DNA of 64,000 nucleotides from Enoplolaimus lenunculus (Eukaryota): NCBI GenBank assembly GCA_030248215.1, contig JASANG010003810.1, positions 434,001 to 498,000 of the forward strand, read 5' to 3'. Shown piece by piece: positions 49,231 to 62,001 of this stretch (position 1 is its first letter; each line of letters starts with the position of its first letter). The notes under the pieces were generated by a model. It saw only the letters and a program-made list of their open reading frames with translations, ran no database searches and was not told where the DNA came from. The position numbers and the translations under genes were made by a program.

Positions 49231-52200
49231 TCAGTGTCTTCTAGGCTTCTTAACTGGCGTCGCGCTGCTATTAGTATATCTTGCACGGCGGATATTTCTT
49301 CGATAAAGCTCTTGGGTCAATTTTGCGTTCCCGATAACTTGCAAGTTACCTGCTGGAGCATAGTTTGCAATCATCAAAAAATGAATACAATCGTCACCAG
49401 CGGCGAATCCAAATCCAACGCGTTTGGTGTGTTTCCAAACGAGTTGAGTGAAATGACCTGTGAAATAAATTATCAATTATGCCGTCATGAATATATCTAT
49501 AAATTAAAGCTGGAATGTCCCAAATACGTATTTTGGGCAATTTTCCAGCATAAATTTGTTTACAATATTTCTGAAAACAAAAACGTGATTGTTCTCTTAA
49601 TAGAAAATTTTCATACAGATTGTGTGTTCGCTAACTTTTGCGAATTGCGCAAAATTGGTTGACTAGTATTGTTTATTTCATATTAAATCTAATCAACTCA
49701 TTGGAATTTACAGTGTTTATGTTTTTAACCAAGAATTTACTCTCTGATGAAAATAACCACTCAACTATAGAAGCTTAATGCTTGCAACCCAAATGTGCTC
49801 TCACGTGTGATGAGTTTTGATCTGACTATGCATGGCGAGAAATTTGACGTTTGCTCACTCTGGATTTGCGTAAATTTGAGTGTTTAGGTTTCCGAAATCT
49901 ATTCTATGGCGCATCGTTTACAAAAATTGCCGCTCCGATAGGTTCTACGATTACTTTCACGTATAACTGCCGTAGCTGTCTGGATATAACCTTGCGCTGG
50001 TTTAGGAATCGTAAACAGTTTTTAGCGTTTGTCAATTCGTTATTTTCTCATCAGTAGAACAGCATTTTTTCAAAACACGAACAGAATTTTGTATTTTTTA
50101 CGCGATTCTTATTTATTCAACTGAGATATGGCACTTGGCAATACACGCTATCTAAAAACTTAAACTTAAATTATAGCTTTTAACAAAACTTGAATATTAG
50201 TTTAAGTAAAACTTAAATGACAGAATGGAATAAACTAAACTAGAATCATCAGCTTAAAGACTAACATATTTTTAAGTTTGTTTAAGTTAAACTTATTTTT
50301 GGATAAGTAAACAAGTGCAGTTGAGAGACCGTGTGTGTCTAAAAGACTTTATTAGTTTAATTTAAGCTAAAAATATGTGAGATATTAAAATGCGTTCAAT
50401 CATGGACCCACCTGTTAGTTCAGAGAATTTAGAAAGTTAGTTCAGGTATAATGCTCCTGAATTAGCTTAAGCTTAAATTAAGTTACACTGCAAAAAATGA
50501 TGAGTCAAATTGACTCTCTCAAAAATAGGCTCTACGGGACTACGCTAACTGAGTCAAATTTGACTCCAGCGGAGTCAAACGTGTGGCTCTACGGGACTAC
50601 GCTAACTGAGTCAAATTTGACTCCACCGGAGTCAAACGTGTGTGAGACTAAGTGAGTCGAATTTCACTCTGTCGAAGTCGAATTTGACTACAGTTTGTGT
50701 AGTCAGGAAAAGCCTATTTCGGAGAGAGTCAATTTGACTCACAATTTTTTGCAGTGTAGTTTAAGGTTTTAGACAGCATTTACCGATTTGACCACCGGTT
50801 TTCGATTTTCCAGGATTATTCCAGTCGTAATTAATAACTTCTTTGTACCACAAATCAACGCCTGTTGTTCCTACAAAATTTTACCAAAGCCTAAAAGTAA
50901 TTATCCGGTTTCTTTATGTTTTTACTATTAAAAACGGGTTTCTGCTATATTTTTTGGGCAATCTTAATGTCCCCCGGTGTCCGTCCAGTGCCGAATTTGA
51001 TCTTCAAGCCCGACAGGTTTAAAATTACTTTAGGTCTTCACTTTCGTTCTTACATATGTTTAGACTCAGATTTAAGGTGGCCATTGTAAACAACAGGGGC
51101 GGAACAGTATTATAATTCCTATGCCTAAGCCTACGCCTAAGCCTAAGCCTAAGCGTAAGAATGAGCATATTCCTAAGCCTAAGGCTAAACCTACGTCGTC
51201 TGACGCGTAAAGCTTACTCTTTTTAGTCCAACAGAAAAAACGTTTCGCCCCTGATCTTTACACGGGCCGATTTAGGTTTACTGATGTGCCGCAATCATCG
51301 TACCATTTCGTTTAACGAATCCATCGTAATCAATTGAAACGTAAGAATTTTCACCCGGGCCCGAATGCGAGGGCAAGACAATCTGATTATGAGCAGCAGC
51401 GACTCGCGAAATCCACTTTTCAGCCCATCCTTGAGCTTTGGCTTGGAGTTGGGCATCTGGTTGAAGCGGTAGTGCTTGGTGAATACGGCGGTAGTAGTTT
51501 GAACGCTTCAGGGCTTGCAGACGAAATTTCGCTAGTCGAACTGAAATTAGAAATTTTTTTAATAGATTCAAATTTTGGTCCATGTAAAGATCAGGGGCGG
51601 AGTGTTTGTCTGTGGGAGTAGAATGGAGTAAGCTTAAAAGCTTTAGACTATAATTTTTTGCTTGGCTTAGGCTTAGGTTTAGGATTAGGCTTAGGTGTAG
51701 GCTTAGGAATATGCTTATAATACTGTTGCGCCCCTGTTGTTTACATTGGCCTAAATTTTTAAGATATAACAGAATTAAGTTCGATTACGTGGTGGTATTG
51801 TCAACTGGGTGGAGAAAAATTATGTTCAACATTACGAACTTAACCAAAAGTTTCTTACAGATATCGACGCACTGAGTTCAGCGGTATTTTGGTTAGGCCT
51901 GCAAAATGCTTGGGTCTAACAACGACGGATCAAGGATTTTTTTGTGGCGAGATCCGAGGTGAAATTTTTCGAAAATCTCAGTGCCGCAACTAGGGAATCC
52001 GGGACCACCCGTCTGACCTGTTGTGTAGTTAAAACAAAGTGACCGAACGCTTGTACTGAGTGGTGGCCCGAATAAAAGGGGGTAATAAGAGGGGGCCCCA
52101 TTTTGAGTCCCAACCAATAGGAGTCTGGATCCCTAATAAGAGTCCGTATGCGAATAGAGTCCCTATGTCAATTATCCCTAATTATAGTCTATAAAGGACT

Positions 52201-55200
52201 CCAGGACCAAATAAAGTTGAGTTCGAAACTTTAAAGCATATTTAGTTTTAAAAGTACATTCCTAAGTATAACCTTGCATAATCGCTCAAGCTGACACTAA
52301 CAAACGTTTAATTCAACAGATAGCAGTTGTACCGGATATATATCAGTAACGAAGGGTGGCGGAGCGTGGGTTAAAAATAAATAACAGTCCGTAACTGAAT
52401 AACAGGGGGAGTTCCCTCTGGAGAGGCCAAATAAATATCTGTCCCCCCTCTTATTCGGGTCACTACAGTAGAGGGTATTTAGACAGAGTTTTAAGCTACG
52501 AGCAGTTTTTGTATCTAATGTAAATTATGACGCACGTGGTGATTCCGATTTGGGGGGTGGGACCGCAGATTTTCGGGCACCACCCCTCTCGGTACGTCAT
52601 ACAGCACCTGCTAGTAGTATGCCATTCAAATGCAGAAGCATAACTATGTATATATGTATGTATGTATATATCATAATCAGATATGCACTCTGTGCGAAAT
52701 TTTACGCTGTAAATTTCAGCGAGTTGATTTTAACTCAGAATGAGTTGAATCACTCAGTCTGAGTTAGGATTATCAGAACTCACAATTTTGAGTTGATGCA
52801 ATTCGTTCTGAATTAATTAACTAACTCACCCAGAGTCAACTCAACTCAGAGTGAGAATCAAATCAACTGAGACTGAGTTAATGTTTACTGATATTAATTC
52901 AGAAATAACCAACTCGCTAGCTGAATTGATTAATCAACTCATTGGAATGTGCAGTGTACGTCTACACACTGCACTGAACTCGATGAAAGAACATACAACA
53001 TTTTCGATCATGTGATTTGCCATCGCTGAACGGTCCTTTGATATTTTCGACGGCTGATTCAGTTTCAATTTGGTCAAGAATTTGATCAATTGATTCAGTA
53101 GTCACCGCTGATGGTGGAGTCGTCGTTTGAATAGAGTAGTGGCGTAAATTATGATCGTTTGTTGCGTTTGAGTTCGTGCCTGAAACAAGTAAACTCGCTG
53201 CGGTTTGTTCATTGCGTTTCGTGGCGAATATAGTGTAGTCACAAAACGTTATAGGGTTAATACGCCCCTGGGTAATGCAAACGGCTTCAACAGTCAAACA
53301 CGTATGTGAATATAAATATATACTGGTCGTCCAATTTTGCGCAATGTAGGTACAAAAATGTTTGGGAATGTTTCAAAATGTGTATGCAAATTTTGTACCA
53401 ATATGTTAACTAATTCGGCCAGTGTAAAGAAAAGGTGCGGAACAGTATGAGCATATTTCTAAGCATAAGCCTAAACCTATGCCTAAGCGTAAGAATGAGC
53501 ATATTACTAAGCTTAAGCCTAAGCCAAGCAAAAAATTAGTCTAAAGGTTAATAAGCTAATTATTTTCTAGTCCCATAGACAAAGGTTCCGCCGCTGATCT
53601 TTACGTGGGCCACTACCACTATGTGCTATGAAACTATTGTAAAAACAAAGTATGCTGGAAACTTGCACCAAAATCCGCATGCGGGGTATTCCAGCTTTAA
53701 TAATAAGTTTGCTAAAGTATATATAAGCTAGCACGTATTACGTAACCATCATTTTACAATTAAGTTTGCGTTGGTGTGTTACGTACATGCACAGGATATA
53801 GAACAGAAAGCAATAGCGTGCACAGCAAAAATGTTGAGTCAAATTGACTCACTCCGAAATAGGCTTTTCTGGTCTTCAAAAACTGAGTCAAATTCGACTC
53901 CACCACAGTCAAATTCCACTCACCGAGGGACTCAGTTAGTGGAATTCGACTCTGGCACAGTCGAATTTTGACTCCGATTGAGTAGTCCGAAAAAGCCTAT
54001 TTCCGAGAGAGTCAATTTGTCTCACCATTTTAGCAGTGTACAAAGTTTTTCGAAGATAAGAATATCGATGAAAGACGAGTTTGAAATATGTTTTAGTCAT
54101 TAAATATACCAAATACACTGGTTTAGACCCAAGAAGAAGTGTGTATCGGTTGTTTACCAGCTACAAGGCATGACGGATCGAGTCACAGAATCTGTACATA
54201 TAGTACTAAGATTAACACAATGGCAGATATGCTGGTACCCAAAGGCACTTTTGTTGGCTAATGTGTAAAACAGGACCGTAACAGTGAGCATATTCCAATA
54301 CCTAAGCACCAGAAATCTCTAACATCGTAAATCGCGTATTGTATTGAACTCCCATCAATGCTTCAAATATTGACCTATAAACCTTTTAGATCTACAATAA
54401 TCAACTATATACCCCGAAGCCTCACTGTAAATTCCGTTGAGTTTCAACTCAGAGGGACAATTAGTTATTTTTGGTCATTCCTGAGTTAATTGCAGTAAAT
54501 TTCAACTTACTCTGAGTTGATTTATAAATTCCGGGTGAGTTGATTAATTAACTCCGAATGAGTTCACTCAATTCAGAGCTCTGAGTTCTGAAAGACCTAA
54601 TACAGAGCTTAAACTTTTGAGTAGATTCAGCTCATTCTGAGTTAAAATCAACTCACTGCAATTTACAGTGTTGAAACTGACCGATATCTTTTGCACAAAT
54701 TGTGTTCGCAGCATTGCAACAACGCTCTTCTTGATATTTTGCCGAAGCCGCTTTGCGTACAGTACACAACGAATCTTCGCCATAGAATCGACACAACTGG
54801 TCATATCTGTTGCACAACCTAGACGTTTGTCGTCTCTGGTTTCGGTTTGCCAACAGACTTTTTTGATTGTTTTCTGGTACCGATTGCTCTGCACCAATGG
54901 CTGACTGTGAACCAGTTTCAGTGATTTCACCAGAATTTCTTCCAGCTCTGTTTGTCGACGAAGAACGGCCACGACTCAAATTCGACGAATATTTTACCGC
55001 AGGAAGTCTGTTTTGGTTCGTTCGCGACAAATTTTGACCAGAATTCTGCAGTTTTTGCGTTCGACTTGGCGTCGTTGTTGTGTCTGTTTCAGAAATTGCG
55101 TCAGAATTTTGTAGTTTCTTCAGCAAAGACGACTGATCGTAAGAGCGTTCGGAAGTCGCCGCTGGTCGCGTGGTCACTGAAGTCATGGTTGAAATTTTCG

Positions 55201-55485
55201 TACGGGCTCGTTTATGCCATGAATGTCGGCATAAATTTGGATAGTTTCGGCACCAGCTTGGGATTGGCGACAGAGATGGATCGTCGTTCGCTTGTCTCGT
55301 TTGGGTGATGATGTCGCGGTACTTCTTTCGAGTTGGATTCCGTTGGTCAACTGCTGGTGTCGGTTCAAGTTCGTGGTTCGTTTTGCCAGCGTCTGTTGTC
55401 TTGGGTTCGGAGGCAGGATTTGTTGCGAAAACAGTACGGTTGCGAATGCCGTTGTTCTCGCTTCTTCTTCTGCTGTTGTTGTTTC

Positions 55486-55565
<80 letters not shown>

Positions 55566-55583
55566 TTATTTTTATTATTATTA

Positions 55584-55627
<44 letters not shown>

Positions 55628-57283
55628 GTTGTTGTTGTTTTTGCTGTTGTTGTAGTTGTTATTGTTTTTATCGCTATTGTTTTTCTTGTTGTTATGATAG
55701 TTTCGATTATTCTTGCCATTCGTATCAGAGTCGAAAATGATGTATGGAACACCTGAATTCACTGATATACTGAAAATTTATGTTAAGTTTTCAAAATGTA
55801 CCAAAACATTATAAGCTGCGTTCCGCATCGTAATTTACAAATGGTCTGCTTCTGATTGGGTACTTGACGGTTTGGACGTCCAGTTTGGTCAACTCAATAG
55901 TTTGCCGGACGGCTATGATTGGTTGTTACGCTAAATTGGTTGGTTTATCTTTATTTTGTAAATTCCAATGAGTTGATTTTAATTCATAAGAAGTCGAAGC
56001 AGTGGGTCTGAATTGCAACTTTCACAACGAAGAATTGTGAGTTGATTCAACTTATACACAGCAAAAAATGACGAGTTAAATCGACTCTCTTCGAAATGGG
56101 CTCTGCGGGAATACACAAACTGAGTAAATTAGAGTCAACTTCGACTCACTGAGTCGCATGTTTGGCTCTGGCGGAGTCGAATTTGACTCAGTTTGTGTGA
56201 TATTGGACGTAGTCAATTTGACTCACCATTTTTTTGCAGTGTTCTGATGTAAGAATCAACACACTCGGAAATAACTCAACTTAGAGTGAGAATTGCCTAA
56301 AAGTTAGTCAAAATTCATTGCTTACCTGACTCGCGAAACGTAAAATTATGTCTTCGACTCTTGGATTTAAAATTTTTTGACAGCATACACAAATTCTAAA
56401 GTTAGAAAATACTCCCCCCCCCCCCGAAGTGCCGTTCTTAGAAAATTATGTTTAGCGAAGGTGGGAGCCGAATAATTGGCCCATGTAAAGATCAGGGGCG
56501 GAACGTTTTTCTGCGGGATTGCAATAGAGTAAGCTTAAGCTTTAGACTATTTTTACTGGGCTTAGGCTTAGGATTAGGCTTAGGAATATACTTATATACT
56601 GTTCCGCCCCTTTTCTTTACATTAGCCGAATATTTTTTGGGGGCCGAGTCAATTTGGGGGTACCCAGCCAAATGTGGGGCCATAGGGACACCGTTGCTTT
56701 CCCCAGACATTCTCTGCTCCTAAGTGGAAAATTTCTGGTTGCGAAGTTAGGCGTTGTAGCTCGTATGTTAAATTTTAGAATACAAAAATTTTAAACTGTA
56801 AATTCCAATGATTTAATTAATAACTTTCAGTATAAAATTACTTATTTCTGAATTAATAGCATCAAACTTTAACTCACTATGAGTTGAGTTGATTCTCACT
56901 GTGAGATAAGCTTATTCCGGGCAAGTTGACAAAATTAAGTCAGAGCGAGTTGTATTGACTTAGAATTCTGAGTTCTGAAAGTCCTAACTCTCAGACGAGA
57001 GTGATTCAACTCATTCTGAGTTACAATAACCTCTGTGGTCCTTCTCAGCAAACTTACGATTCGCACGATGAGGTTGCTTGCTACAAAACTGCGCAACAAT
57101 ACGACAACATTTATCATTGCGACGTCCATAATGATAATGGGTAAATTGACACATTGCAGTTGCGTTATCCTTGGCGCAAAGCGTTCTGAATTGCTCACAC
57201 CAGTCTTTTGGAAAATCAACCGCTAATCCGTGTCCGGTTGAGCACCAAATCGCACCGACGAATATCGACAGAAGTAGTATCAT
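49231..57283 (-). CDS. Secreted CAP/SCP/PR-1 superfamily protein with two N-terminal six-cysteine modules and poly-Asn (~685 aa, 6 exons)
   Basis: Exons 57058-57283 (signal peptide MILLLSIFVGAIWCSTGHG plus Cys module 1), 54682-~55761 (poly-Asn, S/T-rich, Cys module 2), 52997-53197, 51304-51540 (ALKRSNYYRRIH...AQGWAE...HSGPGENSY), 50784-50870 (VDLWYKEVINYDWNNP) and 49231-49457 (GHFTQLVWKHTKRVGFG...ANYAPAGN). All introns are phase 1 GT-AG. The CAP motifs are clear; joining the N-terminal exons rests on phase compatibility. Confidence 0.82.
50486..50756. mobile_element. CACTG-ended palindromic MITE (family D)
   Basis: Complete TIRs, TA on both flanks and an internal tandem duplication. Other copies at 53821-54038, 56057-56241, ~57297-57720, 60221-~60645 and 62630-62826. 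Confidence 0.85.
51079..51269. mobile_element. TTAGGC-repeat MITE (family C), reverse orientation
   Basis: GGCCATTGTAAACAACAGGGGCGGAAC...(GCCTAA)n...CGCCCCTGATCTTTACACGGGCC. Confidence 0.8.
51577..51751. mobile_element. TTAGGC-repeat MITE (family C)
   Basis: GGTCCATGTAAAGATCAGGGGCGG...(TTAGGC)n...CCCCTGTTGTTTACATTGGCC. Other copies at ~53418-53610, 56479-56646, 58567-58764, 58933-59087, 59387-59540 and 60950-61125. Confidence 0.8.
52054..52470. mobile_element. TA-flanked Tc1/mariner-like MITE (family A)
   Basis: Same body as 43926-44375; right end CCCCTCTTATTCGGGTCACTACAGTA. Confidence 0.8.
54423..54670. mobile_element. CACTGTAAATT-ended MITE with GAGTTGA subrepeats (family E)
   Basis: CACTGTAAATTCCGTTGAGTT ... 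AACTCACTGCAATTTACAGTG. Copies at ~48644-48895, 52705-52956 (TA-flanked), ~56795-57025 and 57375-~57620. Confidence 0.8.
55488..55665 (-). repeat. (AAT)n/(AAC)n coding microsatellite, poly-Asn
   Basis: Long TTA/TTG run on + strand, read as N on - strand in exon 2 of the CAP gene. Confidence 0.95.
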
Positions 57284-60220
57284 TTCAGTTATCCAACGGT
57301 AAAAAATGGTAAGTCATATTGACTCTCTCCGAAATAGGCTTGGCGAGACTGCACAAACTGAGTTAAATTCAACTCACTGTAAATTCCGTTGAGTTGATTA
57401 ATCAACTCAGAGAGCGAATTAATAGTCATTTCAGGTTATTTCTGAGGTAATAACAAGAAAAACCGGTTTGCTCTGAGCTGATTTAATTCTGGGTGAGTTG
57501 ATTAATTAACTCAGAATAAGGTCAATCAATTCAGAACTCTGAGTTCTGAAAGACCTAATTCAGAGCTCAGACTTCTCAGTAGATTCAACTCATTCTGAGT
57601 TAAAATCAACTCACTGCAATGAGGAGCGACTCGGGTGAGTCGAATCTTGACTCAGTTTGTGTAGTCCGGAAAAGCTTTTATTCTGGACAGAGTCAATTTG
57701 ACTCACCATTTTTTGCAATGTGCGTTTAGACTAACGACTTGGTAGTCGTAATCATATTGGTTAAATATGAATAATTCTCCTTAGACAAGAGTACTATGCA
57801 ACTTGGGAAGATTTTATTCAAAAATGCTTTACAGTACGCGCTTTGTTGCTTATGAATCACAGTTTCAAGAGATCGGGGTCGGGATAGGCTTATGCTTAGG
57901 CTTAGGTATATGCTCATTCTTGCGCTTAGGCTTAGTCGTATGCTTAGGTATAAAAAGCTTATTTTTACGTTTCGGCATCAAGCTTTACTTAGACTTAGTA
58001 ATATGCTTATACTACTGTTACAACCGTGTTCTATACATTGGCTATGTTATGAAAAAGGCCTTCTACGCTTCTCATTGACAGTTTTCAACAGCGCGTTTCC
58101 TGAGAATTTTTTGAGGTGTTGGTGTAAATATTTCAACGACTTTTACTATAATATACACTAAGCCTACTGTTGTCACCCGAATAAGAGGGGGAACTATATT
58201 CCTAAGCCTAAGCGTAAGCCTAAGCCAAGCAAAAAAATTAGTCTAATACTAAAGCTTACACTTTTCTAGTCGCACAGAAAAACGTTCCGCCCTTGATCTT
58301 TACATGGACCCTCCTATTTCAGGGAATTTTGTCTCAAAACCTCAATAAAAGCACTAAAATTGCTAAGTTGAAGATGTTTGGAGAACTGTCAAAATTAAAT
58401 TTTACAATTCAACTTTGTATATTAACCATTAATAAAGTTAGTGTTTAGTATTTTTCAAAAAAATCTACTTAATTATAGTTATACTCGTAAAACAAAACAA
58501 AGTTATAGTATACATGGAAATGTTCATTCATCTAAACATTTATAGAAGTATAGGTTCGATTTGGGGGGTCCATGTATAGAACAGGGTCGGAACGTTTTTC
58601 GGCTTTACTGTAATAGAGTAAGCGTAAGCTTTCGACTATTTTTTTGCTTAGGCTTTTAGGCTTAAGCTTAGATATAGGCTCATTCTTACGCTTAGGTTTA
58701 GTCTTAGGCTTAGGCTTAGGAATATGCTTATATTACTGTTCCGGCCCTGTTCCATACATTAGCCGATTTGGGTAAGGAGGGAACATTGAGGAAACACCCA
58801 TTAGAAAGAAATTATGGCTTATTCACAGAATATCTATGTATATTAATGCTTAAATCTATAACAAGGACCGTATTCTCAAATGTGTGTAGCACCTATCACC
58901 TGTTAGTTGGTGATAGGTCTTGTATAACTTTGGGCCAATATATAAGGATCATGGGCGGAACAGTATTTATAAGCCCTATTCCTAATAAGCTTTAGCCTAA
59001 GGCTAAGCCTAAACCAAGCAAAACAAACAGGCTAAAGCTTAAGCTTATTCATTTCTAGTCCCACAGATACGCCCGTGATCTTTACATTTACCTAACTTTG
59101 GAACCAGACCACGATATGATTGGAAATTCAGCACATTTTTCGCGTTTGATTTGCCTATCGCTATCTATAAAGATTGTTTGAATTCGCGTTTGAGAATACG
59201 GGCCAAGGTTCAATATACGTATTTTGGGCATCGTCCCGAAATTGCGTGAACTTTGAGTTTTATAAAACTTAAGCATTTATATACAAATTTCTATCATTAT
59301 TAAAAATAACTTTTTCAAAACTGTTTTATTGGCTTACTAGCCTTGTGGCATCGTTCTAAAATGTAAAGGCTCATATATATTGATCAGTGGTGGAATGGTT
59401 TTCCGTGGGACTGCAATAGAGTAAGCTGAAGCTTTATACTAGTGTTTTACTTTAGGCTTTTGACTTAAATATAGGCTTAATAACTTTATGCTAGGTTAGG
59501 AATATGCTTTTACTACTGTTATGACCCTATGTTCAATAAATTTGTGGCAGGAAATTTTTGAACCAATTTCGATGGCTCATCACATCCATTAGTCCGTTTA
59601 GCTACGGGCTAATGGAGCAGGCCAGATTTCCATCTCGGGAAAATGTACGTCATGTGCAATTTTGTGACAACAGTTTGTATAGCAAATGACAATATTTTTG
59701 ACCTCTGTAGCGGCCAACATATTATTCTATAAGCTACAAAAGGAATTTTTATGATCTCTAGAAATTTGAAGAGAATTCCAAACCTCTCTCATTTGCATAC
59801 ACCCGCAAGTTTTAAATTTTTGCTTAAAGCCGGACCGTAGCCAGACGGATTGCCAGGGCTGGGGCTTAGCTCTATTGGAAGAATTTTGACACCCCTAGAA
59901 AATTTTCAACCTTGCTTGAAAAGTCATCGAAATCCCTTGTATGCTCGTTTTGGAAAATTTTTTGAACTTCCCCCTCTAGAAAAGTGAGCTGGCTATGGAC
60001 CTGGTTTAAAGTTATGGCCAAAGTATTGAATAAATTTACCATTTTGATAAATGACCGTTAATATAGTCTTAGCGACGATAGCGCTCTAAACAATAAACAA
60101 AGAGTAACAGAAAATAAAGTGTATTTTTACTTTCAACTCAGTCGAAGTTTATAATATACGAAATATACAAACACTGCAAAATTTTTTATTTTAAAAATAT
60201 AAGCAGAAAGGCGTGCATTA

Positions 60221-60645
60221 CACTGCAAAAAAATGGTGAGTCAAATTGACTCTCTCCGAAATAGACTTTTCGGAACTACGCAAACTGAGTCAAATTCGAC
60301 TCCGCTAGAGTCAAATTCGACTCCACTAGAGTCAAATTCGACTCCGCTAGAGTCAAATTCGACTCAGTGAGCGACTCGGTTTAGTCGAATTTGACTCTGG
60401 CGGAGTCAAATTTGACTCTAGCGGAGTCAAATTCGACAAACCGAGTCGCTCAGTGAGTCGAATTTGACTCTAGCGGAGTCGAATTTGACTCTGGCGGAGT
60501 CAAATTTGACTCTAGCGGAGTCAAATTCGACAAACCGAGTCGCTCAGTGAGTCGAATTTGACTCTAGCGGAGTCGATTTGACTCTGGCGGAGGCGAATTT
60601 GGCTCTGGCGGATGCGAATTTGACTCTGGCGCAGTCGAATTTGAC
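60221..60645. mobile_element. Family D element with expanded ~20-bp subrepeat array, right end missing
   Basis: Left TIR followed by many direct and inverted copies of GAGTCAAATTCGACTCCGCTA. Confidence 0.75.
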
Positions 60646-62001
60646 GTACTCGTTGGATACGAGTGTGCTACTGTAACACAGGGTACATTCTGTGCAAGCA
60701 TAATTGTACCTGAAGCTTGTTGCAGTTTGTCGGTACCACACTCTACTGATCAGGGTTCCGGTAGCGTATTCGTAAGCCTAAAGCGTAGAAAAAAGCATAA
60801 GCCTAAAAAGCAAAAATCTAAACCTACTCTATTGCAGTACCAATAGAACACTGGACGGTCCTACAAATAACATAAGCATTAATGATTATGTTCCAGCAGT
60901 GGTTTTTTACCCGCTTACGTCCTAGACACCACGTTCATATGAAACACGAACCATGTAAAGATCAGGGTCGGAACGTTTCTGCGTGTAGTGGGACTAGAAT
61001 AAAGCTTAAAGCCTTAGACTAATGTTTTGGCTTGGTTTAGCTTGGCTTAGGAATATACTCATCACTGTTAAGCTTAGGAATATGCTGACGCATTATACTG
61101 TTCCACCCATGTTCTGTACATTGGCAGGGTCCAACCGGGATTTAAATTTACCGGAACCGGAATTTGAAAAAATACCGGAAATGAAAAATACATGCCATTG
61201 AAAAATTCATTTAATTTCTTTTGCAATTATTGGCGATATAACCCATTGGAGATAGGTATTCAGTTTTTAACTGCTGTATTTTAGATGTTCATAATCCACG
61301 GAAGCAAAATCTACCTTCGGTGGTTTATTTTAAGCGATTGTCATAAATTATTTGCTATACTACGAATTTATTTTATTTTTTATCGTCATTTTTTAGTAAA
61401 ATATCTTAATTTCCACCGACCAATTTTTAATACCGGAATGTTAGAATTCCGGTGAAAATTTACCGGAACTAGAACGTTAAAAACGCCGGAACCGGAATTC
61501 CGGTAGCATCCTGTGCATTGGCCGAGTACCCTAGTGTACTTTAAATTGCATGCCACCCTTAAGGTTCAGCGCAATCCTAACAAAATCAACTCATATAATG
61601 ACGCTCATAAAACAAACTACCAATTTTAATAAAGCATTTAAACATAAAAATAACACAAATGATTTGCATAAAGTATTACACGATCAGCACAAAATCAAAC
61701 CTGAAAATATAGACTTTTTAAGGTACACAATTACAGCTTGCGATTAAAGTCAACTCAAATACAGCAAAACCTTTTCCGTTTCCGTTATTTTTACTACTCG
61801 TTTACATTTTGGCCTTAACACACGAATTTGAATTGTTGGATTGTGTGTTGAAAAACACTTGAGCGACACGATTTCCATTTCCGCTGATGTAAACCCTTTG
61901 AATAAAGTTAAAAACTCGTTCGGTTTTTAACGCAGCGAGGTGAATATTGCGACGCCTCAGTGTAACTGTCAAAAAACATCTTTTATCACTGTTATACTTA
62001 A

